Positions 1 through 8,132 of a stretch of 40,822 bases of DNA are shown here, in pieces (positions within the stretch are counted from its first letter, which is position 1; each line of letters opens with the position of its first letter). The stretch lies in the IMG/VR virus record IMGVR_UViG_3300020235_000102, positions 1 to 40,822 of that record; one strand, written 5' to 3'. The stretch comes from a virus (Duplodnaviria > Caudoviricetes). The translations under genes and the position numbers were made by a program. The notes beneath the pieces are model-generated. The model made no database searches. It saw only the letters and a program-made list of their open reading frames with translations, and was not told the origin of the DNA.

Positions 1-141
1 CGTCCAACCTTTGGTTCATTAAATCGCGCTGTTCTAATAATTGCTCTTGTCGCATCTATTCCATCCTGAACCGGGATTTTTGATACAATGTCGAACGAAA
101 AGCCCAACGCAAGCGCGAATTCGACCCTTGTCTTTCCGGTC
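1..141. repeat. 141-bp terminal overlap identical to 40682-40822 (circular assembly overlap)
   Basis: The first 141 nt (cgtccaacct...tttccggtc) recur exactly at the window end. The terL reading frame continues across the junction. Confidence 0.97.
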
Positions 142-1139
142 GTGAAATCATGGTTTTCAAGGTCGTGGGGTCCCCAGTGTTCGTCGAAGTCGTACGGATA
201 AGAGCGGACGTCCCTAATCCACTCGTCAAGAGCCTTGTTCCGCTGCTCGGCGTAGTCGATAATAACCGGCGACCCGTCGTCGCCGCGCTGAGTGAAGATA
301 ATAGAAGTTGCATCTCTAAATCCTATGTCCCACCAAGTTTGGACTTGCTTGCGTGGATCATGCGGGAAATACCCGATCCGACCCTCTTCTTCTGCAAGAT
401 TAAGTTCGCTCGTATAGAATGCACCTTCCATCCCTGCTTCAAAGCTGCAAAAATACTCCTGAAGAATCTTTTCCTCAGACATGCCCTCAGCACGTTCTTC
501 TGCGATGATATCTGGGCTAATGACATGAGTGCCGTCCGGTCGGAATGTATCGTCCACTGTAAGTAGGCTAGAGAACCACCTAGGATTGGCTTTAGCCATG
601 TCAAAAAGTTTCTTGCCGTGATTCTTGCCTCTAGGGGTGTATATAAACAATGCCCATCCGCCGTTTTCCGCCAAGATTGGGCGAATATAGTCCCACGCCT
701 TTGGGTCGGCGACTGCGAACTCGGAAAATATGACTCCAACAGGATTAGTTCCGACGAGACTATCATAGTTATCTGATCCTACTACCTGATAAATTGAACC
801 ATTGCGAAACCTTATCTGCATATCCGAATTGTTGATCGGATTGTCCAACGTACGCATTTCCTTGGGAAATGCTTGGTCGATCATTTTGCGACCTTCTCGG
901 TCGATACCGTCCCATATTACTCGTCGTCCCTGTTTAAGTGTTGGCAACATATGCCAAATCGTGCCGACTCGCATTTGTGATGATACAGCGGACAATTGTA
1001 AACAACAACTGTCTTTACCGCCGCGCCGATGCCATACACAACATCCACGCTTTCGATCGAGGCCACCCTCGAACATGTATTGAAAGAGAGGGGCCTGATA
1101 GTCACGTGCTTTCCATTCATTCGGAAGACTTAGCGCCAC
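1..1139 (-). CDS. terL: Terminase large subunit, N-terminal part (continues at 40681..40399; about 473 aa in total)
   Basis: Missing from the ORF track because it runs off the window. Manual translation from GTG 1139 gives MALSLPNEWKARDYQ...VWHRRGGKD (Walker A), GVIFSEFA (Walker B), IYTPRGKNH and WWDIGFRDAT (nuclease Asp). It is in frame with the 40399..40788 ORF. Confidence 0.95.
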   Translation of the reverse strand, partial: MALSLPNEWKARDYQAPLFQYMFEGGLDRKRGCCVWHRRGGKDSCCLQLSAVSSQMRVGTIWHMLPTLKQGRRVIWDGIDREGRKMIDQAFPKEMRTLDNPINNSDMQIRFRNGSIYQVVGSDNYDSLVGTNPVGVIFSEFAVADPKAWDYIRPILAENGGWALFIYTPRGKNHGKKLFDMAKANPRWFSSLLTVDDTFRPDGTHVISPDIIAEERAEGMSEEKILQEYFCSFEAGMEGAFYTSELNLAEEEGRIGYFPHDPRKQVQTWWDIGFRDATSIIFTQRGDDGSPVIIDYAEQRNKALDEWIRDVRSYPYDFDEHWGPHDLENHDFTTGKTRVEFALALGFSFDIVSKIPVQDGIDATRAIIRTARFNEPKVG

Positions 1140-1368
1140 TGTTGGCCTTCTTTTTCAAGGCTCTTTTGGCCTGATTGAGTTCCATGGTACCCCTTATTAA
1201 CAATTTAACCGAGTCCCGGGCAGCTGCTAGTCGATTTTGACGCTCATTCCATGCATCATTTGTACCCTTCTTTTTAAGAGGCGAATTGGCTATTTTTTTA
1301 AAATGCGCAGCCATCTTAAGTGTGGCTTGAGCATTAGTAATAGTGGGTTTCTTGTTAGCTTCGGGCAT
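1117..1368 (-). CDS. Small basic hypothetical protein
   Basis: 83-aa ORF between terS and terL on the same strand, overlapping the terL start. Confidence 0.6.
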   Translation of the reverse strand: MPEANKKPTITNAQATLKMAAHFKKIANSPLKKKGTNDAWNERQNRLAAARDSVKLLIRGTMELNQAKRALKKKANSGAKSSE

Positions 1369-1371
1369 TGA

Positions 1372-1470
1372 CTATTTATTGCGTAGCCACTTCAGGACTC
1401 TCTGTCTCAGCCCCCGGGTTGTTGGAGGTTTCGCCGGGTTCCTGACCCTCCGTTTGCGCTTCCTTGTCAC
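1372..1470 (-). CDS. Putative 32-aa Arg/Lys-rich peptide (MTRKRKRRVRNPAKPP...)
   Basis: GTG start just after the terS stop, with GAGGA upstream. It fills the gap to the next gene. Confidence 0.4.
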   Translation of the reverse strand: MTRKRKRRVRNPAKPPTTRGLRQRVLKWLRNK

Positions 1471-1472
1471 CG

Positions 1473-2030
1473 CTAGCTTTCCTCGCTGCCTTCCGAGCTA
1501 ATTTGTCCGCTACTTTCGACATCAGTATATTCTCCTTCAACAGTTATGCCCAGAGCTTGGTGGTTTATATTGATCGTTAACCCACCTGAGACTACCTCTG
1601 GGATGGTAAAGCCACTATGCTTGGCCATCAGATCGATTGCCTTACCATATGCGGCCATATTTGTAACTTTTCCTGACCATTGCTCACCATCCCGGTCAAC
1701 TCCCTTGATATTCATGTCACCCTTTGCCCTTGGGAGAAAACCATGGAGTAGCTCATATTGGACCATATCGCGAGTAATGAGAGACTCAGCGGCGAGTTCA
1801 TCGCCCAATAAATTAATGAACCGGGCAATTTTTGGGTTACGGAGTAGTTTAACGCCAGCATTGGGGCTACGCTGAACAGCCGTTGCAGCCCTACGGTGAT
1901 CGTAGTCGACAAGGAATTCATAGCAGAACAGCCTTTCCTGCGGTTCAAGTGCCTGTTCGGCTAACTTCAACTCGTTCGGTTCGGATTGCTCCGATGATAC
2001 GTCCGTCAATGCGAGTTCTTGCTCGGCCAA
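1473..2030 (-). CDS. terS: Terminase small subunit
   Basis: QERLFCYEFLVDYDHRRAATAV...LLRNPKI matches the TerS N-terminal HTH pattern. It lies upstream of terL and has a TTG start with GAAGGA. Confidence 0.85.
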   Translation of the reverse strand: MAEQELALTDVSSEQSEPNELKLAEQALEPQERLFCYEFLVDYDHRRAATAVQRSPNAGVKLLRNPKIARFINLLGDELAAESLITRDMVQYELLHGFLPRAKGDMNIKGVDRDGEQWSGKVTNMAAYGKAIDLMAKHSGFTIPEVVSGGLTININHQALGITVEGEYTDVESSGQISSEGSEES

Positions 2031-2148
2031 TGTCCTTCATCCTTTCATCAAGCATGAATTTGCGTTCCTCTAATGCCTGAGGCTTGGCTGCTTCAACCAA
2101 AGTTAAAGGCGGTAAATCTCTGAAGATCGAGGGGCGCATGATCTGGGA

Positions 2149-2183
2149 AGTATACCACATGCCGGGGGGTCCTGTCAAGTATC
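2149..2183 (-). promoter_or_regulatory. sigma70 promoter for the terS/terL/portal operon
   Basis: Minus strand reads GATAC-TTGACA-18 nt ending TGTGG-TATACT. Confidence 0.8.
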
Positions 2184-2535
2184 GGAAGGCGATCGCAGAG
2201 GGAACACGCAAGGCGATTCTTCTTTTTTGGCGCGCATGCGCGTTTTTCCCTATAGGGGAGACAATGGCTGCCGAAGGATCGCGATTCAAAGGGAGCGGAG
2301 AGAGAATAGATCAGCCCGTGCGGAACCCCTATGAGCGCGGAACAGCGGGTCCCATCTTCTGGGGGGTACTACCCGCCCAACGCGCTTCCAATTTTTGGCG
2401 CGCCCGTTCCTTTTTTGCGACGAATTGCCATCCCCCATACCCGGTGCGCGGAGCGGCGCGGGGGAACGCGTCGACCGGGGCGCGACCGGGTGCCCGAATG
2501 CGGCGCGACGCGGGGGCCGAACGCGTTGACGACGC

Positions 2536-2569
2536 GATACTTGACACGGCGGCTCGGCTGTGTTTTAAT
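2536..2569 (+). promoter_or_regulatory. sigma70 promoter (early P1)
   Basis: GATAC-TTGACA (2541-2546), 17-nt spacer, TG-n-TTTAAT (2564-2569). Confidence 0.75.
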
Positions 2570-2641
2570 GGGGTGTCGGTGCGGGACACGGCCCCCGCAA
2601 TCGACGGCACCACGCTCTTTTGGCCGACACAGGAGCACGAC

Positions 2642-3028
2642 ATGGGCAAGACCCAAGAGAACGCGGTCGAGAAGACCGAAGTAGAGGGAACTCCGAAGCG
2701 CAGCAAATCGGAGCAGATGCGGAAGTACAAGGCGGGCTACGAAAGCTATCAGGCCGCGAACGGAAGCATCTCGATGGACAACGGCGATCCGATTGCCTTG
2801 GCCCTCCGGGGAAGCAGCCCGGAAGCGGTGATGGCAGCAGCCGAGAAGCTGAAAGGCCTCGAAGCTGGGACGTTGGCAACCCGGTACATCGACCGGAACC
2901 AAGGCGCTAAGCGCATGAACTCGGGCAACATCATCCGGGGCTGCGTGAAACGGGGCGACAAGACCCAAGCCGAGGTGGTTGCAGCGATCAAGGCCGCCAG
3001 CAAGGACCTGAACACGGTCACCAAGTAG
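2642..3028 (+). CDS. Early protein, paralog of 8133..8636 (RMNxGNxIRG motif)
   Basis: ACACAGGAG RBS precedes ATG 2642, directly downstream of P1. The upstream extension in the ORF track runs through the promoter and is unlikely. Confidence 0.85.
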   Translation: MGKTQENAVEKTEVEGTPKRSKSEQMRKYKAGYESYQAANGSISMDNGDPIALALRGSSPEAVMAAAEKLKGLEAGTLATRYIDRNQGAKRMNSGNIIRGCVKRGDKTQAEVVAAIKAASKDLNTVTK

Positions 3029-3034
3029 GACGGC

Positions 3035-3052
3035 GGGGGGCTTCGGCCCCCC
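3035..3052 (+). terminator. GC hairpin with cUUCGg tetraloop after the first early gene
   Basis: GGGGGGC-TTCG-GCCCCCC. The U tract is weak, so this may be a stabiliser or leaky terminator. Confidence 0.55.
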
Positions 3053-3119
3053 AACTTCCCCAATGGGCCTAGGAACACTGGACCCATCGTGGAATCATCC
3101 ACCAACATAGGAGCACAAC

Positions 3120-3347
3120 ATGTTCATTACACGACGAGCACTAACAGACGCAGGATTGGACGTCACCTTTGACAAGCACGGGCTATCGATACAAGGAACC
3201 ATACAAATGCCCGATGAGGTCCATGAACACGTCGACGCAATCGCCAACCTGATGCAGTTCACCCCAATGGACGGTGACAGGTTGAGGGAACACGTAGCCA
3301 GCGTTGGCATCTGGACCGCATTGCGGAACTGCCCAACCGAACTCTAG
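3120..3347 (+). CDS. Hypothetical early protein
   Basis: TAGGAG RBS before ATG; 75 aa. Confidence 0.7.
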   Translation: MFITRRALTDAGLDVTFDKHGLSIQGTIQMPDEVHEHVDAIANLMQFTPMDGDRLREHVASVGIWTALRNCPTEL

Positions 3348-3657
3348 GGACTGATTGACGGGCCAAGGACGGCCCAATTAGGAACACGCGATACCTGAGG
3401 AATGCTAACAGGAGGGGGCATTGTGCCTGACTTTCGCGTGGTGGAACACGTTTTACCGCCCCCGAACCGACGGAACATGAAAGTGGAGTTTGGGGGAGAA
3501 TGCGTTCATAAATCCGAAGGCGTTTGGAAGTGGAGTTACGAACACGTTCTTATGAATCAATTGCAAAGTGAACCCGGGGAATGGCGCGGGAACCGAGGCC
3601 GGAGAAGGCAGGACGGGGGAACCGACCCACGAACCACCTGAACGTATCGAGTTGCCC

Positions 3658-3890
3658 GGTCACCCGGTCACGCCGTGACCGCCGGTTCGAAACGGGGAGC
3701 CACCGGGGGGGGTATTCGCGGACAGAAGACCCCCGGGGGGACCCCCCCCTCCATTCTTTTTTTATTTTTTTTTAGAAAAAGTGACCAGAGTGACCGGGTG
3801 ACCCACCCCCGTCGTTCGGGGCCTGAAACACAGGAACCCCAAATGACCGGTCATTGCTGGTCATTCTCCTCGCTTTGTCACGCTTTATCA
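3658..3890. repeat. Inverted and direct GTGACC/GGTCAC repeats flanking G/C and T homopolymer tracts (candidate origin or genome-end signal)
   Basis: Perfect 14-bp inverted repeat at 3658-3671 and 3790-3803, palindrome ATGACCGGTCAT at 3843-3854, and a T/A tract at about 3757-3780. Confidence 0.6.
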
Positions 3891-3908
3891 CGCGAGATTC
3901 TCCGCACA

Positions 3909-3949
3909 ATAAACAGATACTTGACAGAGGCCCCCCGCTGTGGTACAAT
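3909..3949 (+). promoter_or_regulatory. sigma70 promoter (early P2)
   Basis: ATAAACAGATAC-TTGACA (3921-3926), 17 nt, TGTGG-TACAAT (3944-3949). Confidence 0.85.
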
Positions 3950-4017
3950 GGGGGTCTGCCCGGGGCGCGGCCCCGGCAATCAGAATGACCGGGCAATCCC
4001 GCCCACAGGAGCACGAA

Positions 4018-4314
4018 ATGCCAGAAGTAGTAACGTTTGGTTTGGACGAAATCGACGGGGGCGAGGAGTTTTATGAACTCACCCCCAAGAACATCGGTGA
4101 ATCGTCGCAATGGGGGACGCCGGTAAGATATTGGCGTCAATTTTTTGATTACGTCGCCATGGAAGTCCGGAGCGACCACAACCACCTAGCAATACAGGTG
4201 ACAGGCCCGGACCCCGAAGTTTGCAAACGCCTGTGTCGCGCCTATTTTGACGCGGCCACTGCAATCGACGCAGTAATCTCGGAAGAGGCCAGCAAGCGCC
4301 TCAAATTCAAGTGA
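4018..4314 (+). CDS. Hypothetical early protein
   Basis: CACAGGAG RBS before ATG 4018, downstream of P2. Confidence 0.75.
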   Translation: MPEVVTFGLDEIDGGEEFYELTPKNIGESSQWGTPVRYWRQFFDYVAMEVRSDHNHLAIQVTGPDPEVCKRLCRAYFDAATAIDAVISEEASKRLKFK

Positions 4315-4481
4315 ACGACCCACGCGGGAAATATCATTGCACACCTTCTGAGTACAGAAGCTACCAGAAACGGCTTGTGCAATACCGGCGCGCATTCGAC
4401 AAGAAACAAGCGCAGGCCGCAATTGCCCGGCTAAACCAGTACAATGAACAACTGAAGAACACGCCTCATTTCGTGGCGTGA
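4311..4481 (+). CDS. Hypothetical 56-aa protein (MNDPRGKYHC...)
   Basis: GTGA start/stop overlap with the upstream gene; manual translation. Confidence 0.55.
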   Translation: MNDPRGKYHCTPSEYRSYQKRLVQYRRAFDKKQAQAAIARLNQYNEQLKNTPHFVA

Positions 4482-4496
4482 AACAAGGAAAGTGAA

Positions 4497-4676
4497 ATGG
4501 AAAATGTAGAAATGGAAGTAATCGACGGTGTGTTACAAATCACCGTCATTTTGTCCAAGGATTTGGGCCTGAGCAAATCAGGGAAGTCCCGCAAAATCGC
4601 CACCACCGGGGGCAACGTTAAAATCCCCGGGGGCGGAGACGCGATAATCGGGCTGAACATCTACCGGAAAGTGTAA
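4497..4676 (+). CDS. Small conserved hypothetical protein (59 aa, SKSGKS-x-x-IATTGGN type)
   Basis: AAGGA RBS. MENVEMEVIDGVLQITVILSKDLGLSKSGKSRKIATTGGNVKI...IGLNIYRK resembles a widespread small protein family. Confidence 0.75.
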   Translation: MENVEMEVIDGVLQITVILSKDLGLSKSGKSRKIATTGGNVKIPGGGDAIIGLNIYRKV

Positions 4677-4681
4677 AACTC

Positions 4682-4708
4682 AAGTCCCTTCTCGCGAGGG
4701 GGCTTTTT
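4682..4708 (+). terminator. Rho-independent terminator
   Basis: AGTCCCTTC-TCGC-GAGGGGGCT stem (with G:U pairs) followed by a T run. Confidence 0.7.
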
Positions 4709-4730
4709 GATTTACAAACAGGAGAAGGAA

Positions 4731-4952
4731 ATGGCAAAGTTCGAAGTACAAAGCCAGTGCGAAGCAACATTAGAATTAGAAGCCCACGAAGCAGAACTCA
4801 TAAAGCTGATGTTGGAGAACTTTATCGAATGTGAGCGTTGCATGTCGATTGAGGAGCAACTTGGCCTATTCAGTGAGGACGGTCAAACCTTGGACGAACG
4901 TAACTATGGTTCGGTCGCAAAGGAAATTTTAAAAGCACTGGAGGACACGTAA
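4731..4952 (+). CDS. Acidic hypothetical protein
   Basis: CAGGAG RBS before ATG 4731. Confidence 0.7.
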   Translation: MAKFEVQSQCEATLELEAHEAELIKLMLENFIECERCMSIEEQLGLFSEDGQTLDERNYGSVAKEILKALEDT

Positions 4953-4953
4953 C

Positions 4954-5091
4954 ATGAAAGAAGAATGGTTAGATGAAATTAGTGTAATAATTGACAACCA
5001 CATTGCAGAATTAGAGAAATCTGGTCACTCAACAGCGGATGCAATAGATGAAACTAAAGAAGATGTTAGATGCTCTTTAGAATCTTTATAA
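4954..5091 (+). CDS. Acidic hypothetical 45-aa protein
   Basis: GGAGG RBS; MKEEWLDEISVIIDNHIAELE... by manual translation. Confidence 0.6.
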   Translation: MKEEWLDEISVIIDNHIAELEKSGHSTADAIDETKEDVRCSLESL

Positions 5092-5106
5092 CAACAGGAG
5101 AAAGGA

Positions 5107-5304
5107 ATGACACACAAAATCTGGTGTGAAATCTCAGGGGGTGTCACGGGTTACCGTGCCGCTTACTTGAAAAGCAAGGGCGTAATTATTACGTTCCCAA
5201 CCGAAGCAGCTGCACAAAAGCATGCTGATCATTTAACAATGATAGCAAATCGTGCAATTCACAGCACAGCCAATCACAAATACACGGTGGAGGAATCAAC
5301 ATGA
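5107..5304 (+). CDS. Hypothetical protein
   Basis: CAGGAG RBS; 65 aa. Confidence 0.7.
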   Translation: MTHKIWCEISGGVTGYRAAYLKSKGVIITFPTEAAAQKHADHLTMIANRAIHSTANHKYTVEEST

Positions 5305-5477
5305 AATACAGGGCAATAGCACGTGACCCCGAAATTGGGGCACCAAGGGTAAGCGGGGCAGGTGACACCCCGGAGGAAGCTCAAATTAACTGTCTTAAAA
5401 GACTTTGCAAATACCTGCAAGAATCACCACGTTGGGTGGGCGCGGGAGAATTTAAACTCCGGGTAGAGGTTCTGTAA
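5301..5477 (+). CDS. Hypothetical 58-aa protein (MKYRAIARDP...)
   Basis: GGAGG RBS, ATGA overlap upstream and TAATG overlap downstream. Confidence 0.65.
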   Translation: MKYRAIARDPEIGAPRVSGAGDTPEEAQINCLKRLCKYLQESPRWVGAGEFKLRVEVL

Positions 5478-5773
5478 TGAGCATAAAACCAGAGACGGGA
5501 CCAAGCATTAAGTTGTTAGCGTCCCGATTTGCAGAAGTAACTGCCAAGGTGGATTTCATTGGCAGGGACGGAAATCGTGAACACGACTACGAAGCGGATG
5601 CACGTTGGTATGTCGCCTACAATTTGGCTGAGGAAGCCAGAGATTGTAACTCGGCCAGAGATTGGGGGCACGTTTTCTTGAACGGGATGCCGCCTCTAAC
5701 CGATGAAGACGTAAAAGATTATCTGGTAGAAGGGATGCCAACGGATGCCGAAATCATGGCATGGTTTGTCTGA
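5477..5773 (+). CDS. Hypothetical protein
   Basis: Translationally coupled 98-aa ORF. Confidence 0.7.
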   Translation: MSIKPETGPSIKLLASRFAEVTAKVDFIGRDGNREHDYEADARWYVAYNLAEEARDCNSARDWGHVFLNGMPPLTDEDVKDYLVEGMPTDAEIMAWFV

Positions 5774-5813
5774 TAAACAGATACTTGACAAGAGGCCCCT
5801 CATGTGGTACACT
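5773..5813 (+). promoter_or_regulatory. sigma70 promoter (P3)
   Basis: ATAAACAGATAC-TTGACA (5785-5790), 17 nt, TGTGG-TACACT (5808-5813). Confidence 0.85.
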
Positions 5814-5847
5814 GGGGGGTGGTCCCGATCGGGCCAGAGGAAGTGCA

Positions 5848-6048
5848 ATGAAAGTTCGAGTTACGGATGCGACACAAGAAGACCATATTCATGACGAAGG
5901 AGACTTCGACGAAGTTTGGGCACAAATGGGGTGTAACGTGAAATTTATGTTACAAACCTACGATCCGAACGTCACGTGGCTGAATCTTTATTTATCACAC
6001 GACGGGAAACCGTCATTTACGCGCACGATAGTGCGAACACAGGAGTAG
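5848..6048 (+). CDS. Hypothetical protein
   Basis: GAGGA RBS before ATG 5848, downstream of P3. Confidence 0.65.
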   Translation: MKVRVTDATQEDHIHDEGDFDEVWAQMGCNVKFMLQTYDPNVTWLNLYLSHDGKPSFTRTIVRTQE

Positions 6049-6052
6049 CAAC

Positions 6053-6469
6053 ATGGGAATGCACCAAACGGTAAAAGAGGCGCTAGTAAGCGCCGCTGAG
6101 CAGCAAGTCGAACGTGACAAGCAGCTGACAGCAAATGCAAGCTGGTACCACCGCAACAAAAACGGTATCAAGGAAGTAGCCCAAGCGCTGAGAAAGATTG
6201 ACATTCGATCAGCGGAGGTTAACGGGGAAGAAGTTGATATCTCCATAACAGGCGACAAGCACGTGTTACAGGCGATCTTTGGGGCCTTTCGTAAGCTGGG
6301 ATATCAAACCAGCAAGCGACCACTGAAAAACGACAGTTACTTCTATTGTCGTTGGGAGAAGGAGGGTAAGCCCACCTTCTACTTCACGTTCTCATCAACA
6401 GTCTGCAAGCGTGTGAAAGTTGGCACGAAGATGGTTGAGCAGGACGTTTTCGAGAACGTTTGCGAATGA
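6053..6469 (+). CDS. Hypothetical protein
   Basis: ACACAGGAG RBS; 138 aa. Confidence 0.8.
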   Translation: MGMHQTVKEALVSAAEQQVERDKQLTANASWYHRNKNGIKEVAQALRKIDIRSAEVNGEEVDISITGDKHVLQAIFGAFRKLGYQTSKRPLKNDSYFYCRWEKEGKPTFYFTFSSTVCKRVKVGTKMVEQDVFENVCE

Positions 6470-6675
6470 GCGGTGAGACACCGACGTTAGGTCCTATTAC
6501 CGGTTACACGGTAGCAGTTTTCAGGTTGGTCGAGGATGGCCAACCTGCGAACTGCATAATGGAAGAAGACCTAAAACTGTCGAAGGTGGGCGGTGCCCAC
6601 GTTACCAATGTTGATGCCATAATCATGATGATTGAGGACGCAGTATTTAAAGAGGAAGAGAAACATGAATCGTAA
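6466..6675 (+). CDS. Hypothetical protein
   Basis: ATGA overlap with the upstream gene. Confidence 0.6.
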   Translation: MSGETPTLGPITGYTVAVFRLVEDGQPANCIMEEDLKLSKVGGAHVTNVDAIIMMIEDAVFKEEEKHES

Positions 6676-6874
6676 ACTTCAGATTCTCAGAGATACGTTT
6701 GCAAGTGAACTCTTCGGAATCAAAGTCATAATCCTGTATATCGGATTTGCAATCGTACTAGGTCTTATTGTGGGGGTATTTGCCACCACAGCAAGTTGTA
6801 TGATTAGCCCACCCAGTGGTATGGGATTTTTCAGTTGCACGATAGCAGAATTTAGTAACTTTAACCTCTTCTAA
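6665..6874 (+). CDS. Small membrane protein
   Basis: Hydrophobic stretch VIILYIGFAIVLGLIVGVFATTA; GAGGA-type RBS. Confidence 0.65.
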   Translation: MNRKLQILRDTFASELFGIKVIILYIGFAIVLGLIVGVFATTASCMISPPSGMGFFSCTIAEFSNFNLF

Positions 6875-6886
6875 AGGAGAAGTGGT

Positions 6887-7678
6887 ATGCCAACAGAAAG
6901 ATTAAACATATCCATGGCCAAATGGACAGGGTTAACAGAACCACCCCCCAAAGAATTGGGTGATTGGGTCGAAAACCTCAGTACCAGAAATATCAACAAA
7001 CTGGCTAAAATTTCCAGTAACATTCACAACACAGTAGATGAAACTGTAAAGTCCATCGCTGCCGGTAAAATAAGACTTGGACAGTTATTACTGGAGGCAC
7101 AGCGAGAATTTGGAAAGTACAGCAGGGACTTTACCAAATGGCGTGTAGAACAAACCCCAATCAAAAGCAAACAACACGCGCTGTATTTGATGCAAATTGC
7201 AACCAAGTTTGCTGACTCACCAAAACTAATCGAAAGTGCAAACTTCAGTGTCCTGCAAGAGTTGGTCTTAGCCGATAACGAGACAATCAAGTGGGTCGAG
7301 TACCACATTGATGCTGGTAATCCACCTACGGTGGCAGAGGTTCGTGAGAAGGTGAAAGAGTCCAAAGGCACCAGCAAGAAGGGTGTTGTCCAAGTTGGTG
7401 CAATGAGCGGGGCGGGGATAAGTCCCCACGCGCAGATTAACCAGATCACGCAAGCTAGTCTATCGTTGCGCATAAGGGCGGTATTGGACCGGAAGATGAA
7501 GGGGATCGATGCAGATTTCTTGATCCTTGGAATGGACCCAGACCCACAAACGCCCTGCCACCCTGAATCACTCAATGCGATCAGGGACCTTTGGCAGGAA
7601 GAGGCACAAAACCCGGATGAACTCGCTGCAATTAGGGATTCATATGACCGGATAACACAGGAGTTTGAAAATTGGTAG
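6887..7678 (+). CDS. DUF3102-like domain protein
   Basis: AAGGAG RBS. IRLGQLLLEAQREFG...FTKW...ALYLMQIA fits the DUF3102 pattern. Confidence 0.65.
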   Translation: MPTERLNISMAKWTGLTEPPPKELGDWVENLSTRNINKLAKISSNIHNTVDETVKSIAAGKIRLGQLLLEAQREFGKYSRDFTKWRVEQTPIKSKQHALYLMQIATKFADSPKLIESANFSVLQELVLADNETIKWVEYHIDAGNPPTVAEVREKVKESKGTSKKGVVQVGAMSGAGISPHAQINQITQASLSLRIRAVLDRKMKGIDADFLILGMDPDPQTPCHPESLNAIRDLWQEEAQNPDELAAIRDSYDRITQEFENW

Positions 7679-8007
7679 ACGAAATTTCGGAAGAAACTCT
7701 TAGGGCAATGCACAATGATATGGTTGATTGTTCGAACATCGCATCATCAGCGCTTGCGCTGGCAGCAAATCGTTCAATGGACCTTAAAATCCCGGTGCAG
7801 ATAACCCTACTGACGCTCAAGGTGCTGATTGAAATTAACATTGAGAGGGACGTAAAGAGAAAGACCCTCCCTAAACCAGCACTGGAGCTTTGTGAAGCAA
7901 TAGGACTTGATCTGGAGAAAGCCTCTGCAATAGCTCACAGTGAACTGGAGAAATTAATAAGAGCTTGGATAAAGACGGCCAAGTTCAAGGAGATAACAAT
8001 TAGTTAG
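7672..8007 (+). CDS. Hypothetical protein
   Basis: ACACAGGAG RBS before TTG 7672. Confidence 0.65.
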   Translation: MVDEISEETLRAMHNDMVDCSNIASSALALAANRSMDLKIPVQITLLTLKVLIEINIERDVKRKTLPKPALELCEAIGLDLEKASAIAHSELEKLIRAWIKTAKFKEITIS

Positions 8008-8014
8008 AAACAAA

Positions 8015-8032
8015 GGTCCCGATACCGGGACC
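8015..8032. terminator. Hairpin GGTCCCG-ATAC-CGGGACC
   Basis: Intergenic stem-loop identical to the core of the terminator after the capsid gene (36599-36616). Confidence 0.5.
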
Positions 8033-8044
8033 CGCATTTCGCTA

Positions 8045-8085
8045 ATAAACAAGTACTTGACAGGGACCCCTAGGTGTGGTATACT
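8045..8085 (+). promoter_or_regulatory. sigma70 promoter (P4)
   Basis: TAC-TTGACA (8057-8062), 17 nt, TGTGG-TATACT (8080-8085). Confidence 0.85.
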
Positions 8086-8132
8086 GGGGGACCCTGCGGG
8101 GTATCAGAAACCAACGCCAGAAGGAGATTCCC

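Noticed and set aside
1-141. Biological direct terminal repeat
   Set aside because: It falls in the middle of terL, and 141 is a common assembler k-mer length, so it is best explained as a circularisation overlap.
56-1174. ORF-track ORFs in the first 1.1 kb
   Set aside because: They are shadow frames of terL, which the track missed because it runs off the window.
2084-2641. N-terminal extension of the 314-aa ORF and the overlapping ORFs at 2329-3108
   Set aside because: They cross promoters and GC-rich spacer DNA where stop codons are rare. The strong RBS places the start at 2642.
3402-4017. ORFs at 3402, 3581 and 3675
   Set aside because: They run through repeats, homopolymers and a promoter and show no recognisable motifs. 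The 3402 ORF has a possible RBS but too little support.
7024-7713. 229-aa antisense ORF and similar antisense ORFs across the genome
   Set aside because: They lie opposite well-supported genes, with no RBS or recognisable motifs.
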